From Eledone cirrhosa (taxonomy: Eukaryota): 64,000 bases of DNA. Location of the stretch: contig OZ024764.1 in assembly GCA_964016885.1 (NCBI GenBank), positions 23,994,001 through 24,058,000 of the forward strand, read 5' to 3'. Shown in pieces: positions 53,682 through 64,000 of this stretch. A program made the position numbers and the translations under genes. Every line of letters starts with the position of its first letter. The first letter of the stretch is position 1. Below the pieces are notes generated by a model. The model worked only from the letters and a program-made list of their open reading frames with translations. It had not been told where the DNA came from and did not search any database.

Positions 53682-56436
53682 TAGAATAAGGACGGGTTGG
53701 AAGAAGTTTAGGGAGCTGCTGCCTCTGTTGACAAAGATGGGTTTCTCCCTGTGTACGAAAGGCCGGTTATATGATGCCTGTGTGAGGAGCGCGATGCTGC
53801 ATGGTAGTGAGACATGGGCGGCAACTGCAGAAGATATGTGACGGCTGGAGAGAAATGAAGCAAGCATGCTCCGGTGGATGTGCAGTGTCTATGTGCGTGA
53901 ACGACCAAACACAGATGAGTTGAGAGAGAAACTGTGGTGTGTGGGAGAGAAGACTGAGATGGTATGGACATGTGATGTGTTGAGAGAGAAACTGTATAAG
54001 AGGGATAAGTTGTAGTGTGAGGGAGAGAAGACTGAGATGGTATGGACATGTGATGTGTTGAGAGAGAAACTGGGTATAAGAGGGATAAACTGTGGTGTGT
54101 GGGAGAGAAGACTGAGATGGTATGGACATGTGATGTGTTGAGAGAGAAACTGGGTATAAGAGGGATAAACTGTGGTGTGTGGGAGAGAGGACTGAGGTGG
54201 TATGGACATGTGATGTGTTGAGAGAGAAACTGGGTATAAGAGGGATAAACTGTGGTGTGTGGGAGAGAGGACTGAGGTGGTATGGACATGTGATGTGTTG
54301 AGCGAGAAACTGGGTATAAGAGGGATAAGTTGTAGTGTGTGGGAGAGAAGACTGAGATGGTATGGACATGTGATGTGTTGAGAGAGAAACTGTATAGAGG
54401 GATAAGTTGTAGTGTGAGGGAGAGAAGACTGAGATGGTATGGACATGTGATGTGTTGAGAGAGAAACTGGGTATAAGAGGGATAAACTGTGGTGTGTGGG
54501 AGAGAGGACTGAGGTGGTATGGACATGTGATGTGTTGAGAGAGAAACTGGGTATAAGAGGGATAAGTTGTAGTGTGTGGGAGAGAAGACTGAGATGGTAT
54601 GGACATGTGATGTGTTGAGAGAGAAACTGTATAGAGGGATAAGTTGTAGTGTGAGGGAGAGAAGACTGAGATGGTATGGACATGTGATGTGTTGAGAGAG
54701 AAACTGTATAAGAGGGATAAGTTGTAGTGTGAGGGAGAGAAGACTGAGATGGTATGGACATGTGATGTGTTGAGAGAGAAACTGTATAAGAGGGATAAGT
54801 TGTAGTGTGAGGGAGAGAAGACTGAGATGGTATGGACATGTGATGTGTTGAGAGAGAAACTGGGTATAAGAGGGATAAACTGTGGTGTGTGGGAGAGAGG
54901 ACTGAGGTGGTATGGACATGTGAGGTGTTGAGACAGAAACTGTATATAAGAGGGATAAGTTGTAGTGTGTGGGAGAGAAGACTGAGATGGTATGGACATG
55001 TGAGGTGTTGAGAGAGAAACTGTATATAAGAGGGATAAGTTGTAGTGTGTGGGAGAGAAGACTGAGATGGTATGGACATGTGATGTGTTGAGAGAGAAAC
55101 TGGGTATAAGAGGGATAAGTTGTAGTGTGTGGGAGAGAAGACTGAGATGGTATGGACATGTGAGGTGTTGAGAGAGAAACTGTATATAAGAGGGATAAGT
55201 TGTAGTGTGTGGGAGAGAAGACTGAGATGGTATGGACATGTGATGTGTTGAGAGAGAAACTGGGTATAAGAGGGATAAGTTGTAGTGTGGGAGAGAGAAG
55301 ACTGAGATGGTATGGACATGTGAGGTGTTGAGAGAGAAACTGTATATAAGAGGGATAAGTTGTAGTGTGTGGGAGAGAAGACTGAGATGGTATGGACATG
55401 TGAGGTGTTGAGAGAGAAACTGTATATAAGAGGGATAAGTTGTAGTGTGGGGGAGAGAAGACTGAGATGGCATGGACATGTGATGTGTTGAGAGAGAAAC
55501 TGGGTATAAGAGGGATAAGTTGTGGTGTGTGGGAGAGAAGACTGAGATGGTATGGACATGTGATGTGTTGAGAGAGAAACTGGGTATAAGAGGGATAAGT
55601 TGTGGTGTGGGGGAGAGAAGACTGAGATGGTATGGACATGTGATGTGTTGAGAGAGAAACTGGGTATAAGAGGGATAAGTTGTGGTGTGTGGGAGAGAAG
55701 GCTGACATGGTATGGATATGTGATGTGTTGAGAGAGAAACTGTGTATAAGAGGGATAAGTTGTGGTGTGTGGGAGAGAAGACTGAGGTGGTATGGACATG
55801 TGATGTGTTGTGAGAGAAACTGTGTATAAGAGGGATAAGTTGTGGTGTGTGGGAGAGAAGACTGAGGTGGTATGGACATGTGATGTGTTGAGAGAGAAAC
55901 TGTGTATAAGAGGGATAAGTTGTGGTGTGTGGGAGAGAAGACTGAGGTGGTATGGACATGTGATGTGTTGAGAGAGAAACTGTGTATAAGAGGGATAAGT
56001 TGTGGTGTGTGGGAGAGAAGACTGAGATGGTATGGACATGTGATGAGTTGAGAGAGAAACTGGGTATAAGAGGGATAAGTTGTGGTGCGCAGGAGAGAAG
56101 ACTGAGATGGTATGGACATGTGATGAGTTGAGAGAGAAACTGGGTATAAGAGGGATAAGTTGTAGTGTGCAGGAGAGAAGACTGAGATGGTATGGAGATG
56201 TGATGCACATGGAAGATGACCGCTGGGTAAAGATGTGCCAAGAAATCCCAGTAGAAGGAAGACACATTAGAGGAAGACTACCAAAAACATGGGTGGAGGT
56301 GGTGAGAGCAGACCTCAGATCATTGAAGCTCACAGAGATGACGAAGGACTGTGACAAGTGGAGAGATGCTGTGCTGAATAGGACCCGTCCCACCCTTGCA
56401 AGCAGGGAAAAGCGGACGTAAAATGAAGATGATGAT
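53682..56436 (+). mobile_element. RTE LINE 3' fragment with an 80-bp coding segment amplified ~28 times (53914-56204)
   Basis: RIRTGWKKFRELLPLL..LERNEASMLRWMC, then repeats of (D)ELREKLGIRGISC.V.ERRLRWYGHV, resuming MHMEDDRWVK..GRLPKTW and a GAT tail. Confidence 0.92.
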
Positions 56437-56474
56437 ATATATATATTTATATATATATATATATATATAAACAA

Positions 56475-56967
56475 ATTGAGAGAGAGAGACTGAGCATAAG
56501 AGGAATCAAATGCTGTGTGCAGGAGAGGAGATTACGTTGGCATGGACAGCACTAAAAGTCAATGGAAGCCGTGGAGTGGGGAGACCCAAGAAGACCTGGG
56601 ATGAGGTGATAAAAGCCAACCTTACCCAATTACACCTCATGACACATGACTGTGAGATCTGGCATCACGCAGTAATACAGAAGCCCCAACCCCCCCATGG
56701 GTACAAGCTGAAGCTGAAGCATATAGACAATATGCCCCCACACCCTCCCACTCTAAATTGGTCGTGGAGGTGCCACGGCAAAAAAGCACCCAGCACTCAC
56801 TGTAAATGAGGTTGGTGTTAGGAAGGGCATCCAGCTGTAGAAACCAAGCCAGAATCAGTTCCTGTATGAGGAAGACAAGGTCACCTGACCGGACACTGCC
56901 CACAACAGGACAACCCATCTAACCCATGCTAGCGTGGAAGTATAGACGGTGATGGGTGATGATGATG
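56475..56967 (+). mobile_element. RTE LINE 3' fragment (subfamily of 11319-12520)
   Basis: LRERLSIRGIKCCVQERRLRW..GRPKKTW plus 3' UTR. Confidence 0.9.
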
Positions 56968-57466
56968 GTGGTGGTGTGGTGGTGGTGGTGTGGTGGTGGT
57001 GGTGTGGTGGTGGTGGTGGTAGTGGTGGCGGTGAGGTGTTTTGTTGGTAGTGGTGGTGGTGATGATGGTGGTGGTGGTGGTGGAGGTGGTGAGGTGTTGT
57101 GTTGGTAGTGGTGGTGGTGGTGGTGGTGGTGTGGTGGTTGGTGGTGGTGGTGTGGTGGTAATGGTGATGGTGGTGGTGACGTGTTGTGTTGGTAGTGGTG
57201 GTGGTGTGGTGGTAATGGTGGTGGTGGCTGTGAGGTGGTGAGGTGGTAGTGGTGGTGAGGTGTTGTGTTGGTAGTGGTGGTAGTGTGTTGGTAGTGGCTG
57301 TGAGGTGTTGTGGTGGTGGTGGTGGTAGTGGTGATGGTGGTGGTGAGGTGTTGTGTTGGTAGTGGTGGTGGTAGTGTGGTGGTAATGGTGGTGGTGGCTG
57401 TGAGGTGGTGAGGTGGTAGTGGAGGTGAGGTGTTGTGTTGGTAGTGGTGGTAGTAGTGGTGGTAGT
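56968..57466. repeat. (GGT)n-rich microsatellite
   Basis: Direct reading. Confidence 0.9.
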
Positions 57467-57476
57467 GACAAAATAC

Positions 57477-57595
57477 CTCTTTATGGTAGTCTTTGTTAAT
57501 CTTGTACTGCAGCAGCAACATATTCCTGGTCTTCTCCAGTTCATGGACCATGGCAGCGTAGTCAGCCTCCAGTTGTCGGACACTCTCCCCCCTCA
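57477..57595 (-). CDS. RPGRIP1L: RPGRIP1L-like exon; coiled coil
   Basis: gtgtttcag|TGAGG...AAAGAG|gtattt; (V)RGESVRQLEADYAAMVHELEKTRNMLLLQYKINKDYHKE matches the family motif ELEKTRNML.MQHKINKDY; 119 nt, phase 1 to 0. Confidence 0.93.
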
Positions 57596-59877
57596 CTGAA
57601 ACACAATACCAGTAATTACTCAATGGCAGCGTAGTCAGCCTCCAGTTGTCGGACACTCTCCCCCCTCACTGAAACACAATACCAGTAATTACTCAATGGC
57701 AGCGTAGTCAGCCTCCAGTTGTCGGACACTCTCCCCCCTCACTGAAACACAATACCAGTAATTACTCAATGGCAGCGTAGTCAGCCTCCAGTTGTCGGAC
57801 ACTCTCCCCCCTCACTGAAACACAATACCAGTAATTACTCAATGGCAGCGTAGTCAGCCTCCAGTTGTCGGACACTCTCCCCCCTCACTGAAACACAATA
57901 CCAGTAATTACTCAATGGCAGCGTAGTCAGCCTCCAGTTGTCGGACACTCTCCCCCCTCACTGAAACACAATACCAGTAATTACTCAATGGCAGCGTAGT
58001 CAGCCTCCAGTTGTCGGACACTCTCTCCCCTCACTGAAACACAACACCAGTAATTACTCAATGGCAGCGTAGTCAGCCTCCAGATGTCGGACACTCTCTC
58101 CCCTCACTGAAACACAATACCAGTAATTACTCAATGGCAGCGTAGTCAGCCTCCAGTTGTCGGACACTCTCTCCCCTCACTGAAACACAACACCAGTAAT
58201 TACTCAATGGCAGCGTAGTCAGCCTCCAGATGTCGGACACTCTCTCCCCTCACTGAAACACAACACCAGTAATTACTCAATGGCAGCGTAGTCAGCCTCC
58301 AGATGTCGGACACTCTCTCCCCTCACTGAAACACAACACCAGTAATTACTCAATGGCAGCGTAGTCAGCCTCCAGTTGTCGGACACTCTCCCCCCTCACT
58401 GAAACACAACACCAGTAATTACTCAATGGCAGCGTAGTCAGCCTCCAGATGTCGGACACTCTCTCCCCTCACTGAAACACAATACCAGTAATTACTCAAT
58501 GGCAGCGTAGTCAGCCTCCAGTTGTCGGACACTCTCTCCCCTCACTGAAACACAACACCAGTAATTACTCAATGGCAGCGTAGTCAGCCTCCAGATGTCG
58601 GACACTCTCTCCCCTCACTGAAACACAACACCAGTAATTACTCAATGGCAGCGTAGTCAGCCTCCAGATGTCGGACACTCTCTCCCCTCACTGAAACACA
58701 ACACCAGTAATTACTCAATGGCAGCGTAGTCAGCCTCCAGTTGTCGGACACTCTCCCCCCTCACTGAAACACAACACCAGTAATTACTCAATGGCAGCGT
58801 AGTCAGCCTCCAGATGTCGGACACTCTCTCCCCTCACTGAAACACAACACCAGTAATTACTCAATGGCAGCGTAGTCAGCCTCCAGTTGTCGGACACTCT
58901 CTCCCCTCACTGAAACACAACACCAGTAATTACTCAATGGCAGCGTAGTCAGCCTCCAGTTGTCGGACACTCTCCCCCCTCACTGAAACACAACACCAGT
59001 AATTACTCAATGGCAGCGTAGTCAGCCTCCAGTTGTCGGGCACTCTCCCCCCTCACTGAAACACAACACCAGTAATTACTCAATGGCAGCGTAGTCAGCC
59101 TCCAGTTGTCGGACACTCTCTCCCCTCACTGAAACACAACACCAGTAATTACTCAATGGCAGCGTAGTCAGCCTCCAGATGTCGGACACTCTCTCCCCTC
59201 ACTGAAACACAACACCAGTAATTACTCAATGGCAGCGTAGTCAGCCTCCAGTTGTCGGACACTCTCTCCCCTCACTGAAACACAACACCAGTAATTACTC
59301 AATGGCAGCGTAGTCAGCCTCCAGATGTCGGACACTCTCTCCCCTCACTGAAACACAACACCAGTAATTACTCAATGGCAGCGTAGTCAGCCTCCAGTTG
59401 TCGGACACTCTCTCCCCTCACTGAAACACAACACCAGTAATTACTCAATGGCAGCGTAGTCAGCCTCCAGTTGTCGGACACTCTCCCCCCTCACTGAAAC
59501 ACAACACCAGTAATTACTCAATGGCAGCGTAGTCAGCCTCCAGCTGTCGGGCACTCTCCCCCCTCACTGAAACACAACACCAGTAATTACTCAATGGCAG
59601 CGTAGTCAGCCTCCAGTTGTCGGACACTCTCTCCCCTCACTGAAACACAACACCAGTAATTACTCAATGGCAGCGTAGTCAGCCTCCAGTTGTCGGACAC
59701 TCTCTCCCCTCACTGAAACACAACACCAGTAATTACTCAATGGCAGCGTAGTCAGCCTCCAGATGTCGGACACTCTCTCCCCTCACTGAAACACAACACC
59801 AGTAATTACTCAATGGCAGCCTCCAGTTGTCGGACACTCTCCCCCCTCACTGAAACACAACACCAGTAATTACTCAA
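57550..59877 (-). repeat. 73-bp tandem array (~32 copies) of the exon 57477-57595 splice acceptor plus exon start
   Basis: Minus-strand unit TAATTACTGGTRTTGTGTTTCAG|TGAGGGGRGAGAGTGTCCGACAWCTGGAGGCTGACTACGCTGCCATTGAG; the lowest-coordinate copy runs on as the real exon. Confidence 0.95.
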
Positions 59878-59959
59878 CAGTTGCACTCATCACACATCTG
59901 TTAGAGTCCTCACTCGGAAGTGAGGACTCATCACTCAGTCTCACTCAACAAGAGCACCT

Positions 59960-60810
59960 CCACTACCACCACTACCACTACTACTACTACTGCTGCTGCT
60001 GCTACGACTACTACCACCACTACCACTACTACACTACTACCACAACTACTACTACTACTACTGCTGCTGCTACTACTACTGCTGCTGCTATGACTACTAC
60101 CACCACTACCACTACTACACTACTACCACAACTACTACTACTACTACTGCTGCTGCTACTACTACTGCTGCTGCTACGACTACTACCACCACTACCACTA
60201 CTACTACTACTGCTACTGCTGCTACTACCACTACTACTACTACTACTACCACAGCTACTACTACCACAGCTACTACTACCACTACTACTGCTGCTGCTGC
60301 TACTACCACCACCACTACCACTACCACCACTACTACCAACTGCCATCACCACCATTCCCCCCACTACTACTATACCATTACACCGCCACTATCACTATCA
60401 CCACTACAACCAACACCACCATACTACCATCACCACTATACTAACACCACCACAAATGCTACCATCATATCACCACCACCATACCACCACTACCACTATA
60501 CCATCACCATCATACCACTACAACCACCACCAACACTACCACTACAACCACCACCAACACTACCACCACCACCACCACCACCACCACTACAATCACCACT
60601 ACCACCACTACAATCACCACTACCACTACAACCACCACCACCACCACCACTACCACCACCACCACCACCAACACTACCACTACAACCACCACCACCACCA
60701 CCACCACCACCACTACAATCACCACTACCACTACAACCACCACCACCACCACCACCACCACTACCACTACAACCACCACCACCACCACCACCACTACAAC
60801 CACCACCCCC
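59960..60810. repeat. (ACT/ACC/GCT)n microsatellite
   Basis: Direct reading. Confidence 0.93.
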
Positions 60811-61070
60811 TTTACTGTGAAAATACAATAGTATATATAATGTAAATACTAAATTATTAACAATATACCGTATATGTCGGCCTATTAGACATAAGACACA
60901 TAAGACACTCCCTCTTTTTTTATTATATTTTATGTTATATTTTGACGTTTATAGGCATTTTTAAGGACCACATCCAATATTCGTGGTTTTTCACCCTTTG
61001 TGGGTGCTCTAAGAACATAACCCCTGCAAATTACCGGGGGACAACTGTGTAACCATCAATTAATTCCTAC

Positions 61071-61188
61071 CTTTTTCCACCTCAGCATCCACCTGTGTCA
61101 CAAAACCTGGGGCCTTGCTGACCGACTCCTGTTTACTCCGGACAAGAGACAAGGCTTCCTCGAGTTCTGTAATGTCCAGCTCACTTTT
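61071..61188 (-). CDS. RPGRIP1L: RPGRIP1L-like (fantom) exon, first in window; coiled-coil region
   Basis: ttctaccag|AAAAGT...GAAAAAG|gtagga; encodes KSELDITELEEALSLVRSKQESVSKAPGFVTQVDAEVEK, resembling vertebrate RPGRIP1L ..DLSEALLLIK...FLVKVDSEINK (recalled); 118 nt, ends in phase 1. Confidence 0.85.
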
Positions 61189-61244
61189 CTGGTAGAAAAT
61201 ATAAAATAAGTCATCACTGGTATATATTCACATAGTAGGCAGCG

Positions 61245-62005
61245 TATATGTTTATGTGTATATGCCTGTATACATGTATATGTATACAGGCATATACACA
61301 TAAACATATGTGTGTACAGGTATGTATATGTCTATGTGTATATGCCTGTATACATGTATATGTATACAGGCATATACACATAAACATATGTGTGTACAGG
61401 TATGTATATGTCTATGTGTATATGCCTGTATACATGTATATGTATACAGGCATATACACATAAACATATGTGTGTACAGGTATGTATATGTCTATGTGTA
61501 TATGCCTGTATACATGTATATGTATACAGGCATATACACATAAACATATGTGTGTACAGGTATGTATATGTCTATGTGTATATGCCTGTATACATGTATA
61601 TGTATACAGGCATATACACATAAACATATGTGTGTACAGGTATGTATATGTCTATGTGTATATGCCTGTATACATGTATATGTATACAGGCATATGCACA
61701 TAAACATATGTGTGTACAGGTATGTATATGTCTATGTGTATATGCCTGTATACATGTATATGTATACAGGCATATACACATAAACATATGTGTGTACAGG
61801 TATGTATATGTCTATATGTATATGCCTGTATACATGTATATGTATACAGGCATATACACATAAACATATGTGTGTACAGGTATGTATATGTCTATGTGTA
61901 TATGCCTGTATACATGTATATGTATACAGGCATATACACATAAACATATGTGTGTACAGGTATGTATATGTTTATGTGTATATGCCTGTATACATGTATA
62001 TGTAT
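61245..62005. repeat. 80-bp tandem array (~9.5 copies) of a self-complementary unit
   Basis: ATATGTYTATGTGTATATGCCTGTATACAT-gtat-ATGTATACAGGCATATACACATAAACATAT plus a 16-bp spacer. Confidence 0.92.
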
Positions 62006-62380
62006 GTGTGTATATACATGGGTGCATGTGTATGTATATGCACGGGGACATAGAAATAGTCGGGCTGGATACCCGACTGTGCGGTTAAACCACTGGGAGT
62101 GAAGGACCCCTAGCCTTTGTCAGAGAGAGAGAGAAAGAAAGAGAGGTGTTGGAACAACAGAGTTTGGAAATCAAATATGGACAGCCCTCTTTCTCTTCCA
62201 CACTTTCTATTCCCTGAAGAAGGACCTATGTCTGACACTTCAAAAGCCTCAATTCCCTCTTCCTAAGCGTGATACTAATAAGACTTTGTGTTTGTCTTCT
62301 TTATATACAGAAATATATAAAATATACAGAAATATATAAAATGTTGTAGTTTGCTTGAAGCATTGCATATAATATATAAC

Positions 62381-62927
62381 TGTTTCTACTTTAGGCACAA
62401 GGCCAGCAATTTCCCCAGTACATTACTGGTACTTTATTTTATCGACCCCGTAAGGATGAAAGGCAAAGTTAACCTCGGCGGGATTTGAACTCAGACCGCA
62501 AAGGGACGTAACTATGCTGGAAAGCATGGTGTCCGACCCTCTACCGATACTGCCAATCCACCACCCTAACATGGTGTCCGACCCTCTACCGATACTGCCA
62601 ATCCACCACCCTAGCATGGTGTCCGACCCTCTACCGATACTGCCAATCCACCACCCTAACATGGTGTCCGACCCTCTACCGATACTGCCAATCCACCACC
62701 CTAGCATGGTGTCCGACCCTCTACCGATACTGCCAATCCACCACCCTAGCATGGTGTCCGACCCTCTACCGATACTGCCAATCCACCACCCTAGCATGGT
62801 GTCCGACCCTCTACCGATACTGCCAATCCACCACCCTAGCATGGTGTCCGACCCTCTACCGATACTGCCAATCCACCACCCTAGCATGGTGTCCGACCCT
62901 CTACCGATACTGCCAATCCACTGCCCA
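62381..62927 (-). mobile_element. SINE (second family) with the 45-bp head repeated 9 times
   Basis: Reverse complement of the 19561-20282 arrangement. Confidence 0.87.
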
Positions 62928-63039
62928 ACCACCATTGTCATGGCTTTCAAACTTCAAATTCTTTATATATCTATATATATATCTATATATATATATAAAG
63001 TTGTATTATATATATATATATGTATATATAATACAGTTG

Positions 63040-63091
<52 letters not shown>

Positions 63092-63187
63092 CAATATATA
63101 TATATTGTATTATATATATATTATATATATATATATATATAATAATATAGTTGTATTATATATATATATCTATATATTTATATATAT

Positions 63188-63427
63188 ACACGACAAAAAA
63201 ACACACAGTCCACGCTGTAATGTGGCCGTGTAGGCAACACGGTAAAAACCTCCCAGACCCACACTGTAAACGTGGTTGGTGTTAGGAAGGGCATCCAAGT
63301 GTAGAAAACCCGCCAGACAGTCCTATGCGAGCAAGACAATCACTCTTGCCTCAAGTGGGACTACCCCCGTCCAAACCCATGCAAGCGTGGAACACGGACG
63401 TTAAACGTTGATGATGATGATGATGAT
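63188..63427 (+). mobile_element. RTE LINE 3' UTR end
   Basis: Matches 17743-17985; (GAT)n tail. Confidence 0.88.
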
Positions 63428-63474
63428 ATATATATATATATATATAGATATATATATATATATATAGATATATA

Positions 63475-63962
63475 GATATATATAAAGTTGTATTTTTGTC
63501 TGTTTGTTTGTTTGTTCACGAACTCCTCCTATGGTTTTGGAGATGGACCCCCATAACCATATATATTCTGAAACTACATTGCCAAGCGTGCTTGGGTAAG
63601 TATATTTCAGCAAATTTCAATACTATTAAGACACCCTAATGGTGGTTAAACCCCCTATTAGGGTTCCCCGGAGGCACAAAACCCTGTAAATAACAACATG
63701 ATGCCTATTCACAAAAATTTTGAATTGATATTTTGAAAAAAACTATTTACAAGAAACAAAATAAGAATAAGATTTAATAATGTAATTTTGATTTGATATA
63801 TTACAAAAAATAATGTTTTCCAATTTTTCATGCATTACATTTTACACTGAGTAACATTGAAATGCAGAGTTTTTCCCCATAAATTATATCACTGATTTAA
63901 AATCAACATTTTCTTACAAAAAAAATGTGTGAAACACAGCATGGTGCGGGTAATTTGGATAG
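63475..63962 (+). mobile_element. Non-autonomous Helitron, internally deleted relative of 33450-34406
   Basis: Shared 5' (TATAAAGTTGTATT..GAACTCCTCCTATGGTTTTG) and 3' (AAATGTGTGAAAC..GGGTAATTTGG.TAG) ends; no helicase. Confidence 0.85.
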
Positions 63963-64000
63963 TATATATATAAATGTATATCTGTATGTGTGTACATGTG

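Noticed and set aside
53708-56474. Three overlapping 800+ aa ORFs
   Set aside because: Antisense reading of an 80-bp tandem repeat of LINE sequence
62205-62250. CTGAAGA-AGGACCTATGTCT-GACA hammerhead-like string
   Set aside because: GACA instead of GAAA and no stem I pairing; likely a dead remnant

Overview
Eukaryotic, AT-rich and very repeat-rich DNA. The repeat complement (RTE-clade LINEs with (GAT)n tails, CORE-type tRNA SINEs, long microsatellites) suggests a cephalopod such as Octopus; this is inference. The window lies entirely inside one minus-strand gene, an RPGRIP1L/fantom (RPGRIP1 family) orthologue. I can thread 13 GT-AG-bounded, phase-compatible exons from 61188 down to 752 (1929 nt, 643 codons), covering the end of the coiled coil, two C2 domains and the start of the low-complexity linker. 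Both gene ends lie outside the window. The introns hold a near-full-length decayed RTE LINE with many fragments, two SINE families, Helitron, piggyBac-type, CR1, Tx1/L1 and Penelope remnants, and several kb-long minisatellites. Three highlights. (1) Eight Penelope-type hammerhead ribozyme motifs with compensatory base changes; four sit in two long palindromes that carry one ribozyme per strand. (2) A ~32-copy 73-bp tandem array built from the gene's own 3' splice site plus exon start, where every upstream acceptor leads to an in-frame stop. (3) Nearly every long minisatellite traces to local amplification of a 45-80 bp piece of a transposon or exon. The long ORFs in the supplied track are mostly repeat artefacts.
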